From Heteronotia binoei (taxonomy: Eukaryota), in contig NC_083223.1 of NCBI RefSeq assembly GCF_032191835.1, forward strand, positions 84,072,001-84,136,000: 64,000 nt of DNA, in the 5' to 3' direction. The translations under genes were made by a program, and so were the position numbers. Positions 24,640 through 35,719 of this stretch are shown piece after piece (the first letter of the stretch is position 1; each line of letters opens with the position of its first letter). The notes beneath the pieces were generated by a model. It was given only the letters and a program-made list of their open reading frames with translations, was not told the DNA's origin and did not search any database.

Positions 24640-25550
24640 GGTGTAGGAAGGAATAGTGCTACTGGAGGTTCTCATGACGTTGGAGTAACATAAGAATTCA
24701 AGTCTTACCCCAAGCCTCTGTATGTAAATATATTTGGAGATTCTTCAGATTCCTGTCTCCCCTCTGTTGAAATGTAAATCATGATCTTCAGTCTTTTTCT
24801 TATGTTCTTTTGCAAAGCATCAGTATGTTGACTACCCTCCAGAAGAATGGGCAAATAATAATTTGGGACATGATAATGGAGATGACACTTTGGGCTATAA
24901 TCAGTTGACTGCATTTTGGAACAATTGTTCATGGAAGAGGAGTCCCTACATTTAATGAGGGAATGGTGCCCAGGATAGGACATGAGTTAGTAAGTGTTCT
25001 TTAAATGATTGCAGATGGTAACTAGAACATAAGGGAAAGGTTGTCTAGAAAGTCTATTCTGGGCCACATTTATTTTCAAAGGAGGAAACCTCAAAGGAAT
25101 GCTAATGAGAAGTCAAGTGGGTCAAATGAAGAAGCTTGAAAGTTAGTGATAATTAAAGTGCATCTAAAATGTATATCACAAATTAATAAATGTACAAGAC
25201 CCAAAAGGATGCCAAAGTGGTTAAATTGCAGTACTGAGGAAGTAATAAAAAGAGAGAACTCCTTTTTTAAAAAAAGGAATAACAAATGTGGAGAGCAAAA
25301 AGAAAAAGAAAGAGCACAAACTCTGGCAAAATATACAAAGAAAAAAACGAGACCTCATTGCTACAAAGATTGTCAAAATTATTTTTCTTCTACACCATAA
25401 GTAAAAAACTAAATATAACTGAAACCTAAAAATAAGGAGTCAATTGGATGACAAAATTTTAAAAACAATTTAATGGTGGATGGAGAATCTGATTTGTCTG
25501 TGTTGGCCTTCACTTCTAAAGATGGACAGATTCTGATTTTTTTTAAGGGT
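24640..25550 (+). mobile_element. Old degenerate CR1 ORF2 fragment (endonuclease-RT linker)
   Basis: RPKRMPKWL...SFFKK-like CR1 linker motif; many stops. Confidence 0.55.
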
Positions 25551-27057
25551 AAGGCATCTGACAGTGCAATCTCAGACAAAGTTATGTTCATCTAACCCCA
25601 TTGACTTCTGCAGATTCAGTTGGTTTTATTGGTTTTCATTTTCCTTAATGATGGTTGTGTTGTTCTTATTTAGCATGCTGCTTTGAGACCTTATTTCTGA
25701 GAGCTGGCATAGAAACAACTGTAATTAATTTAATCCTTCTGAACATTTTGAGAAACTGCATGGTAGAACCTTTGGTGTAATTCATCATGGCTCTCTTCTA
25801 GGGAGTTGTGTGAGTTGGAAGGTGGTCATAGTGGAAGATTTTGTCTCTCCACTTTTTCCTTCCCACAGCACCCATCTGCAACCTGTGAAAAGGCACTGGA
25901 AGGCATTAGTGGGACTAATCTATTACTGGAGTCAATAGTAAAGAGGATGAATTGGGCAAAATCCCCCTACCAATGTACTTTTTACCAAATTTTCGATTGC
26001 CACTAGAGCACTTATGGAACCCAACCCTAATATTTAAATGATGCAATATAAATACAAATTTAAGCTGAGACCTTCTTGGTTTCTACATAATTATTCTATC
26101 TCTCAATAAAGATTTGCTCCAAATAGAAGCTTTGATTAGGTTCCCAATTAGCTTTAATTTGGTTTGGCTGGTGACTTTTGTTGTGCACATCTGCAAATCT
26201 GAATGTCCTTGGCCAATAAAAGACATACAGCCAAAGTCCAGGAGAAGGAGGGAAAAAAACATTTATTGCAATATCCACAGAGCAGAGCCAAGCCAAAGCC
26301 TGCATACTAAACTGCCCTAACTTCTTTCAAAATGGTCATAATCTTATATACTCTTAATGACATGTTGGCCTGTGTTGGCATATACACAATACTAATTGGC
26401 TGCCATATCCAGCTTAATTTCATTGCGAGAACCAACTATACACTACGGATATATTTTGCCAGTTTGGCACCCATTAATTGGCTACAATCTGTGACATAAC
26501 AAAAATTCAATACACTTGCATCTGTCTTGATTGGTCAAATCCCTTATTTCTGTTGTTGCTTAGAAATACAGTAGAAATGTAGTAAGGCATAGTGCAAGGT
26601 AATAGATAAGACTGGTATGTTGATAACTCCTCAGTCTTTGTCCTCTTCTCAGTCAGGCCTAGCTGTGTGTTAATCCTTAAGGATATTACTTAAGCATGCT
26701 TGTGGACTTTCCAACTAAAGCTGTGTCCCACACTTTCATTATATTCATATCAGACTCTGTTTCTTTGAGGATTGTAATATTACAAAGCGTCCGGTGACCA
26801 CATGTATTAGGCTAAACTTAGCTGTCTCTTGGAATAAACCATCATAGTTCCATTTCTTCTCTTACTGCTCTATAATTCCTATTATCAAAAATTTCTTCTT
26901 AAAACTGAAGATTTAACTGAATGTTTCTAAACAGTATATACGATCTGAAACTGCATTTTTCGTACAATCAAGCCCCTGGCAGACATGTAGCCAACAGAGG
27001 AATCACAATATTTAATGGACACTTTGTAGACAGTCAACACATTGATTAGACAGGGAG

Positions 27058-27134
27058 TACCATCCTGTCGATCTCTGAAGAAGTCCTCGGGTTCTCCACA
27101 AGGAAGAACAAGGACTGGTTTGACGAGAACAATC
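27058..27134 (+). repeat. Exact 77-bp copy of RTE internal sequence 27739-27815
   Basis: taccatcctgtcg...gacgagaacaatc is identical at both sites; it lies 34 bp upstream of the left TSD. Confidence 0.95.
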
Positions 27135-27180
27135 TCCTGATAATAATAATAATGATTACCTGAGTATTATATGGTGACAT

Positions 27181-30038
27181 ATTATATGCTGATCTACGCA
27201 ACCTTGTACGGAAGACCCCTACAGAGGACAAGGTGATCATCCTTGGCGACTTCAATGCCAGAGTAGGTAAAGACTCGGAAGCCTGGAAAGGAGTACTTGG
27301 CAAACACGGCATTGGCAACTGCAATGATAACGGGCGCCTCCTGCTAGAATTCTGCACGGAGCATCAGCTCACCATCACCAACACTATCTTTCAGCAGAAG
27401 AACAGCCTGAAAACAACCTGGATGCACCCACGGTCCAAGCACTGGCACCTTATCGACTACATTCTGGTGCACCAGAGAGACCTTCGAGATGTCTTACACA
27501 CCCGAGTAATGCCCAGTGCAGAATGTCATACGGATCATCGTCTTGTACGCTGCAATCTCCGTCTTCACTTTAAACCCACACCCAGGAGAGGAGGTATCCC
27601 TCGGAGGAAGCTTCAGGTTGGCAGCCTTCAGTCAGCCGAAGTTAAAGCTGCCTTCCAGGCAAAACTCCAGTCAAGAATTGAGGACCCCAGTTGCCCCACA
27701 GACCCTTCTCCAGAAGCACTCTGGGAACACCTAAAAACTACCATCCTGTCGATCTCTGAAGAAGTCCTCGGGTTCTCCACAAGGAAGAACAAGGACTGGT
27801 TTGACGAGAACAATCAAGAGATCCAAGAATTACTAGCAAAAAAGAGATCTGCCTACCAAGCACACCTTGCTCAGCCCTCCTGTCCCGGGAAAAAAGCAAT
27901 CTTTTGCGCTGCATGTAGCAACCTCCAGCGCAAGCTTCGAGACATTCAGAACGAGTGGTGGACCAAGCTTGCAGAGAGAACCCAGCTGTGTGCAGACACT
28001 GGTGATTTAAGAGGGTTCTACGAAGCCCTGAAGACAGTATATGGCCCAACATATCAGGCTCAGAGTCCCTTGCGTAGTGCAGACGGCCAAGTGCTCCTCA
28101 CAGACAAGGCATCCATACTGAACCGGTGGTCGGAGTATTTTCAGGTTCTCTTCAGTGCCAACCGCGTAGTTCAAGATTCAGCAATCCACCTCACCCCACT
28201 TCAACCAGTGAAAACAGAGTTGGATGAGATCCCCACCCTAGAAGAGACTGTTAAAGCCATCAAGCAACTGAAAAGTGGCAAGGCAGCGGGAGTTGATGGA
28301 ATCCCACCAGAGATCTGGAAGCATGGGGGCACAGTACTACATAGCACACTTCACAAAGTACTTGTCACCTGCTGGGAACAAGGCAAACTACCACAGGACT
28401 TTCGCGATGCAATCATCATCACTCTACACAAGAACAAAGGGGAAAAGTCAGACTGCTCCAACTACCGGGGGATAACCCTGCTCTCCATCGCAGGCAAAAT
28501 CCTTGCCAGAATACTCCTGAACAGACTGGTGCCCACCATTGCAGAAGAACTCCTCCCAGAGAGCCAGTGCGGCTTCAGAGCTAACAGGAGCACCACCGAC
28601 ATGGTATTTGTTCTCAGGCAGCTCCAAGAGAAATGCAGGGAACAGAACAAGGGTCTATATGTGACTTTTGTCGACCTTACCAAAGCTTTTGATACTGTTA
28701 GCAGGAAAGGCCTGTGGCAAATCTTGGAACGTTTAGGATGTCCCCCAAGGTTCCTCAGCATGAACATCCAGCTACATGAAGACCAGCGAGGCCAAGTCAG
28801 ACACTGCAACGACCTCTCGGAGCCCTTCCCAATAGGCACAGGTGTAAAGCAAGGCTGCGTTCTCGCGCCAACTCTCTTTACGATCTTCTTTAGCATGATG
28901 CTTCAAAGAGCCACAGTAGATCTAGATGATGATGATGGTGTCTACATCCGCTATCGCACCGATGGCAGCCTGTTCAACCTGAGGCGACTAAAGGCTCACT
29001 CCAAAACAATGGAAAAACTTATCCGCGAGCTACTGTTTGCTGATGATGCTGCACTCGTCTCCCACTCGATATCAGCTCTGCAGCATATGACGTCCTGCTT
29101 TGCAGAGGCTGCCAAGCTATTCGGCCTGGAAGTTAGTCTGAAGAAGACAAAAGTTCTCCACCAGCCTGCACCCCAGGAAGATTATCACCCTCCCTGCATC
29201 ACTGTGGGTGAATCAGTTCTGAAGACAGTCCAGCAGTTCAGCTACCTGGGGTGCATCATCTCCTCAGAAGCCAAGATCGACAAGGAGATTGACAACAGGC
29301 TGGCAAAGGCAAACCGTGCATATGGCCGACTGCACAAAAGAGTGTGGAGCAACAAGCATCTGAAAAAAGGCATAAAGATCAATGTTTACAAAGCGGTTGT
29401 GATGACAACCCTCATCTACGGCTCCGAATCGTGGGTTTTATACCGTCATCACCTGCGACTCCTTGAGCGCTTTCATCAGCGCTGCCTTCGCACCATCCTC
29501 AACATCCACTGGAGTGACTTTGTGACCAACACTGAAGTCCTCAAGAGGGCAGAGGTTACAAGCATCGAGGCACTGCTGTTGAAGATGCAGCTGCGCTGGG
29601 CAGGGCATATTTCTAGGATGGAAAACCACCGCCTTCCCAAGATTGCTCTGTATGGTGAACTTTCCACCGGCCATCGAAATAGAGGGGCACCAAAGAAGAG
29701 GTACAAGGACTCCTTGAAGAAATCTCTTGGCACCTGTCGCATCAACCATCACCAGTGGTCTGACCTAGCCTCAGATCGCAAAGCATGGAGGCACACCATC
29801 CACCAGGCTGTCTCTTCCTTTGAGAACGCACGCATAGCTGGTCTTGAGGACAAAAGGAGATTGAGGAAGAATCGCACTGCTACAGCACCAACCCCAAATC
29901 AGACTTTTCCCTGCAGCCACTGTGGCCGGATCTGCCTGTCCCACATTGGTCTTGTCAGCCACCAGCGAGCCTGCAGCAGACGTGGACTACTGCACCCTTC
30001 TTAAATCTTCATTCGCGAAGTCAAGCCGAGAGAGAGAG
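27181..30038 (+). mobile_element. RTE-clade LINE, 5'-truncated, young
   Basis: 12-bp TSD ATATGGTGACAT (27169-27180, 30039-30050); (GA)n tail; short 3' UTR. Confidence 0.95.
27182..30004 (+). CDS. RTE ORF (partial AP endonuclease, RT and C-terminal Cys/His motif), stop-free
   Basis: IILGDFNARVG, TWMHPRSKHWHLIDY, TDHRLV; RT motifs FVDLTKAFDTV, GVKQG, LFADD, FSYLG; FPCSHC...H...C at the C-terminus. The frame is open 17 codons upstream of the listed start. Confidence 0.93.
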   Translation, partial: LYADLRNLVRKTPTEDKVIILGDFNARVGKDSEAWKGVLGKHGIGNCNDNGRLLLEFCTEHQLTITNTIFQQKNSLKTTWMHPRSKHWHLIDYILVHQRDLRDVLHTRVMPSAECHTDHRLVRCNLRLHFKPTPRRGGIPRRKLQVGSLQSAEVKAAFQAKLQSRIEDPSCPTDPSPEALWEHLKTTILSISEEVLGFSTRKNKDWFDENNQEIQELLAKKRSAYQAHLAQPSCPGKKAIFCAACSNLQRKLRDIQNEWWTKLAERTQLCADTGDLRGFYEALKTVYGPTYQAQSPLRSADGQVLLTDKASILNRWSEYFQVLFSANRVVQDSAIHLTPLQPVKTELDEIPTLEETVKAIKQLKSGKAAGVDGIPPEIWKHGGTVLHSTLHKVLVTCWEQGKLPQDFRDAIIITLHKNKGEKSDCSNYRGITLLSIAGKILARILLNRLVPTIAEELLPESQCGFRANRSTTDMVFVLRQLQEKCREQNKGLYVTFVDLTKAFDTVSRKGLWQILERLGCPPRFLSMNIQLHEDQRGQVRHCNDLSEPFPIGTGVKQGCVLAPTLFTIFFSMMLQRATVDLDDDDGVYIRYRTDGSLFNLRRLKAHSKTMEKLIRELLFADDAALVSHSISALQHMTSCFAEAAKLFGLEVSLKKTKVLHQPAPQEDYHPPCITVGESVLKTVQQFSYLGCIISSEAKIDKEIDNRLAKANRAYGRLHKRVWSNKHLKKGIKINVYKAVVMTTLIYGSESWVLYRHHLRLLERFHQRCLRTILNIHWSDFVTNTEVLKRAEVTSIEALLLKMQLRWAGHISRMENHRLPKIALYGELSTGHRNRGAPKKRYKDSLKKSLGTCRINHHQWSDLASDRKAWRHTIHQAVSSFENARIAGLEDKRRLRKNRTATAPTPNQTFPCSHCGRICLSHIGLVSHQRACSRRGLLHPS

Positions 30039-30856
30039 ATATGGTGACATGTTCAAGATTGTGTAAGGCAGAGCTTTTTAGTGCCAGTGACCCTCCTAAA
30101 AGGGAATGGTTGTATCAAGAGTAGCAATGCTAAAGGAAGGGGTGCCAATAATCCACCAGTTAAGAAAAAGGGAAACTTGGGTTGCCACAATTTCTGGGTG
30201 GAAGGGAAATGGAGGGCCACAAAGTGATAAAAGGTAAACCTGGAAAAAAATACTAAGAAGATATGGGAACAGCATATTTTACTTATATTTAGCAACGACA
30301 ACATTTTGAGTTAGCAGTATAAGAATGCACTGTACGTTCAATTATTTCTCTCGAGAAGAGAGCTGAAGTTCCCCATCCCCAATAGAAGTTTCTAGATTTT
30401 CTGCTGAAAAACTAGTATCCTAAAAAAGACAACCTGTGATGAAGTTGAAAATGGCGGTGCAGGAGAATGGCCACCAATTAGGATTGGGCCCTAACAGCAT
30501 TTTAAAATCACATTAAAATGGTGACTGGTGAAATATTTCCTGCCTGAGTTGGTAGGAAACCAACATTGCCTCAATGTGGGGGAGAAGTGGGCCTTAGTGG
30601 GATCACTACAGTTGGAAAAATGTCGCAGTCATACCACAGTGCTTTAAACTCAGCACATTTTATCAAAGTGGCATTGATCACAGAACCCTTATTTTAACAT
30701 ATCTAAATATTTGGGGTAAAGTTTGTTTTTTGGGGTTTTTTTTGCTGTCTATGGGAGGAACATATTCCATTTATATTTAGCAGAAACAAAATTTAAACTT
30801 TCAGTTACCAGTTTAAGAATGTGCTGTACATTCAACTATATATAGATAGTACTATA

Positions 30857-30990
30857 AGAGCCAGCCTGATGTAGAGGTTAAGAGAGGTGGACTCTAATCT
30901 GGAGAACTGGGTTTGATTCTCCACTCTTCCACATAAAGCCAGCTGGGTGACCTTTGGTCAGTCACAGCTCTCAGAGCTCTCTCAGCTCCC
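30857..30990 (+). mobile_element. tRNA-derived/MIR-like SINE, partial
   Basis: agagccagcctgatgtagaggttaag...gggtttgattctcc...gggtgacctttggtcagtcac. Confidence 0.75.
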
Positions 30991-33900
30991 CCCCCCCCCC
31001 AATAAGACTAACTTGCCAACTAGTGGTACATCATGCTAAAAGAGTTTGAACTGCCAGACAATCTTTGGCTTCCCTGGCTATACCATACACAATGCCATAT
31101 GATAATTATAATTAGTACTATAGGAATGGTTAAGTAACTTTGGAGGGTTGGGAGGAAAGGTAAGGAAGGAGAGAAATAAAATAGGTAAAGTTTTCATGTC
31201 TGCCATGTTCACAAAGAGCTTCTGTATGCCATCCTCTTCCATTTTATATGCCCAAGTGATCCAAAGCTATCAATCTGCTTTCTTTATAGTAATGTGATGT
31301 TCTCTGCCCAGATCTTCAGAATTTGTTTGCCACCATGTTAACATTGATTTTTGTGCTCATTGGGAAACTGCTAGTTTTAACAAATTAATACTTGTTCCAG
31401 GTTTAATTTGTGATTTCTGTCATTTCTCTAGATGGCAAGTGTATTCTAATCTGGTATCCTCAGGATAAACCTGTGTAATTCAGCAGCATACATAACCTGT
31501 ATTGCATATGTAAAGTACTAAAAATATACAATTAAATAACATTTGCCATAGATGAAGCCTTTTGGATTACAACATCAAATACCTAAGCCACTGATTAAGT
31601 AAATGCTAACCAGTAATGATCAGCAAATATCATTGGGTTCTCAGATAGGGCAAGAGATTCACTAGCCTAACTGTATAACTCCTCAATTCTATATATTATA
31701 ATTAATAAACTTCAGACCTTACTATTTGGGAAAGCCCTTAAAGCCAAATAAGTCAAGTGAAAAACAGAGAAAAGAAAAAAAATGCAAATAATGGATCAGT
31801 CTATTTTCATGTGAAAACAACAACTGCAGTGTTTCACAGCAAGTGTGTTATGTTAAACTTTTGACACGTATGTGGGAGCAGCAGCAGCTGCTGCTTCTCT
31901 CTCTCCCGGCCAAAGGCAATAAGACTAGACACTTGTTACTGTTATCCCTGTTACAGGAAAACCATTTGGACACTCACATAGACACTTTCTCAGCAAAGAG
32001 ATGATGTTATGTTGGCCTGACTCCCAGACCGTCAGGTTCTGACTTCATTCTTTCCCCCCATTTCTTAGCTCTAATATATGTTTGCTAGTGGAAAGACATC
32101 TGTATTAGTATTGTGTGAATACAGTTCTCAACCCACTTAGAATGGAATAGTGTCATCGGCAGCAATAGCTAGATAATGCAACATTCACTCTGGCTTTATT
32201 AATGAAATGGAACTGGCTTTATTAATGAAATGGAACTGTTAACTTCACAGCCCAGTCTCCAAACTTCTCACCAAGGCACACTTAAGAGTTTACTTTCCAT
32301 CAACATGTATCTTTCTAGTTTTCCTGGTGGTGTTCTGGAATAATTAGATCAGGACACCATTTAATATTTGGAGAGAGAAAACAGGACAGACAGCAACAGC
32401 CAGGATTAAGTGTCCATTTTTGTTCTATCCAAGATTAAATTGCAGAATAGCAGTCCATTTGAAGAACATTTGTTGTGGGTTACTGCATTACATGATAAAA
32501 GTAGGAGTCAAGTAGTACCTTTAAGACCAGTGAGGCTTATTCAGAATGTAAGCTTTCGTATGTATGCATACTTCTTCAGACAAAGGGATAGGGGTACAGT
32601 GAGCTGAAATTCATATAGCTGGTGGGTTAAGAGTGTAAGAATTTAGATTGAGCAGTAATCTTAAAAAAAGGATTGGTGCTTTTGACATGTGTGTCTCATA
32701 CACAAGCCCATTTCAATAATAATGTATTAGCATACAGCATCAGCATGCAGGCTGGAAACCTAGGATTCATCCCATGGGTAAATATATGCTATTAAACAGG
32801 AGTCCTCTAAAACATTAAACAGTGGTTCTTCTGACTATCAAATCCTTATGCTGTAAACTATGTCATTTGTTACTTAAGCTATTGCTGGACTCCTCTTTAA
32901 TTTTTCTGTGGCAGACGAGCAAGGATACCCCACAGAAATCTACCTTCTGGGATACACAGGGCTAGCCTGCATACAACATAATGGCAGGATGCTATTTTTT
33001 GAGTTACAGCTTGAATTTTCTCTCTCCAATCTCCATTTCAGTTTTAGTGCAAGACCATCCACAACTGTCACTAGATAGTCACTGGGAAACAAAAATAGCT
33101 ATTTGTGTGCTTGTGTGACCCTCTTCCCATTCTTTATATATATTCTAATTTGAAGTATGATGAAAGGTAGCTACTGGTAGACACAATGCAGGGCCCTCTA
33201 TTTTTACCACTGTTTGCAGTAAGAGTTTACTGTCCTAAACCTTATTTTATATTTTATTTAATAATAAAAATAAAGTAAACTTTAGCTACCTACATTTCCC
33301 TTGCCCATATTTTTCTTACGGCAAAATCACTTATTCCTGCCCACCAATCAGCTGCAATAACAAGTGATAATTTGACACAGTCATGTCTTTCACATCACTG
33401 TACTTTTCAGTACAGGGCTTTGGCAGAGTAATCAAGGGATAAGTCGCTGGGTTATAGGATATCATCCAGTGGAAAACATACCTATAGGATTTAAGTCACA
33501 AAGCTTGATTACAGATCCAGACTACCTTAAAATTCTGGAAGCCTATCCTGAATAAGATGTGATGGTCTTCCATAAAGGCAATTTCTTAACCTTCAGCTGT
33601 TGCACTATGCTGTCATTTAAAGCACAGGTGTTGACAGAATCTTGTATAAAAATGGCATCTTGGTCATGTTTGCACTCCTCTTATCTGCTTAATTTATAGA
33701 CAAAAATAAATTCTTAGTACTGTTCTTGGGGCACAGCCAACACAGTTCCCAGTGCGATTTGTTGCTTTAGTGTATCACCACTAAATGAACGACACAGCAC
33801 ATGGTTAGAATTGATGTCAGAAGTTGAAATAGCAACATAGATTGTTGACAGTTTTGCTGGGTATCTTTTGAGCTAACAAGCCTCATTTTTACCTTGTGTT

Positions 33901-34542
33901 ACTTTCCCACACTATTGATGAATATGGTTCTTACATTATTATTTGGCCAGGCAGACGATAGCCAACCCAGTTTCCAACTTTGTCAGAAGCAACATTTCAG
34001 CATGTTCTTTCCTATGTAGTTCACATTTTTAATGCGAAAAAGAAAAAGAAAAAAAAAAGAATGAGAAAATCTAGTTGTATTTCTATTCTCTCACCCGTCC
34101 AGACCCTGTTTATATCATTGAGCTAAGTACAATTTCAGCAATGCAGTGAAAACTACAAAACCAGAGGCATGCAATGCTCCAGCTTAAAAAGCATTCACAT
34201 GACACTGGCAGAGCTGTGTTGTGGCTTTGCTGTATGCACATGGGATGGCAAATGCGATTTAAAAGCACAAAAGAGATGTGCAGACCCTCCTCTGACCACC
34301 TTTCTTTCTGCGCTGCCTTCCGATGAACGTCTCTCCTGTGAGACTTGCTTCTGCTAGTGGATCCTGGCAGGCTAAGAAAAGATATGCAGGAACAAGAGCA
34401 ATGGGCAGGTTCAGCATATCATACTCTTGTCACCCTTTCACACTTTTGTCTACATCAGGTGTGTCCAACCTTTTGGCTTCCCTGGGCCATATTGGAAGAA
34501 GAAGAAATGTCTTTGGCCGCAGATAAAATACACAAACACTAA

Positions 34543-35207
34543 AAACAGGTTGCTTACCTGTAACTGATGATCTTCGAGTGGTCATCTGTGCAGTCACACA
34601 CATGGGTCTTGCCACAGGCAACGGATCCGTACCTCGGAGTTCTAATAGCTCGCCTATAGCGCTTTTTGGCGCGCTTCCCTCCCGCTCTGGGGAGCAGGCA
34701 CCGACTGTGCATGCCTGGAGCGAGGGGGAGGCGCCATTCCCACTCAGTTTCTTCCAGCCGCCACTGACACTCAGTAGAGGTAAGTATAAAGCAGAGGAGG
34801 CCAGCAGCGGGGAAGGCTGGGTGGGCGTGTGTGACTGCACAGATGACCACTCGAAGATCATCAGTTACAGGTAAGCAACCTGTTTATCTTCTTCGTGGTC
34901 TCTGTGCAGTCCCACACATGGGTGATTAGCCAGCTAAATGGTCCTGGAGGAGGGTGCTGGTCAAAAAGAGGAAAGGAATAAGAGGATTTAAAGAATTTAA
35001 AGAAGAATACGATACCGACAGGAACAGACGAACTAGAGAGGAGCGCAACAAGGTAGGTGTTGTCCGGGCAGCGGAAAGGAAGCGCGCCAGAGCAGGAGGG
35101 AAGCGCGCCAAAAAAAGCTATAGGCGAGCTATTAGAACTCCGAGGTATGGATCCGTTGCCTGCGGCAAGACCCATGTGTGGGACTGCACAGAGACCACGA
35201 AGAAGAT
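34543..35207 (-). mobile_element. Non-autonomous DIRS1-type (tyrosine-recombinase retrotransposon) mini-element, 665 bp
   Basis: ITRs (about 34596-34690 vs 35087-35180, about 95% identical); ICR 34827-34923 made of perfect complements of both termini (59 bp and 38 bp) joined end to end; terminal extension on one ITR; no TSD; no RT or YR ORF. Confidence 0.88.
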
Positions 35208-35278
35208 TGATAGTTGATGATAAGCTAAAAAATGTCCATGCATAATTTCCGTAATATCTGCCACCACATATAAGCAGA

Positions 35279-35719
35279 AGGGGGGGGATCAATAAAAAAA
35301 TCATTCCATCCCTCCCAGAAACACAGGGCCTTAATGTCCTTTCTGCTTCCAAGTTTTGCTGCAGATGGCCCAGAGCTGAAGCAGGAACCATGCCACATAG
35401 GCCCCACAAGGCCCAGACCAGACCACAGTGAAACACAAAGGGGGGGGGGGGTCAGTAAAAAAAAAAATATCCTATCCCTCCCAGAAACACAAGGCCTTAA
35501 TGTCCTTTCTGCTTCCAAGTTTTGCTGCAGATGGCCCAGAGCTGAAGCAGGAACCATGCCACATAGGCCCCACAAGGCCCAGACCAGACCACAGTGAAAC
35601 ACAAAGGGGGGGGGGGTCAGTAAAAAAAAAAATCCTATCCCTCCCAGAAACACAAGGCCTTAATGTCCTTTCTGCTTCCAAGTTCTGCTGCAGATGGCTC
35701 AGAGCTGAAACAGGAACCA
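35279..35719. repeat. Tandem repeat, 163-166-bp unit, about 2.7 copies
   Basis: atccctcccagaaacac recurs at 35308, 35474 and 35637; the copies are nearly identical apart from G/A homopolymer lengths. Confidence 0.93.

Noticed and set aside
34430-35245. Mirror-image 98-aa ORFs (MVICAVTH...) and a possible ribozyme or pre-miRNA
   Set aside because: Fully explained by the DIRS ITR/ICR inverted repeats; I could not build an HDV or hammerhead core.
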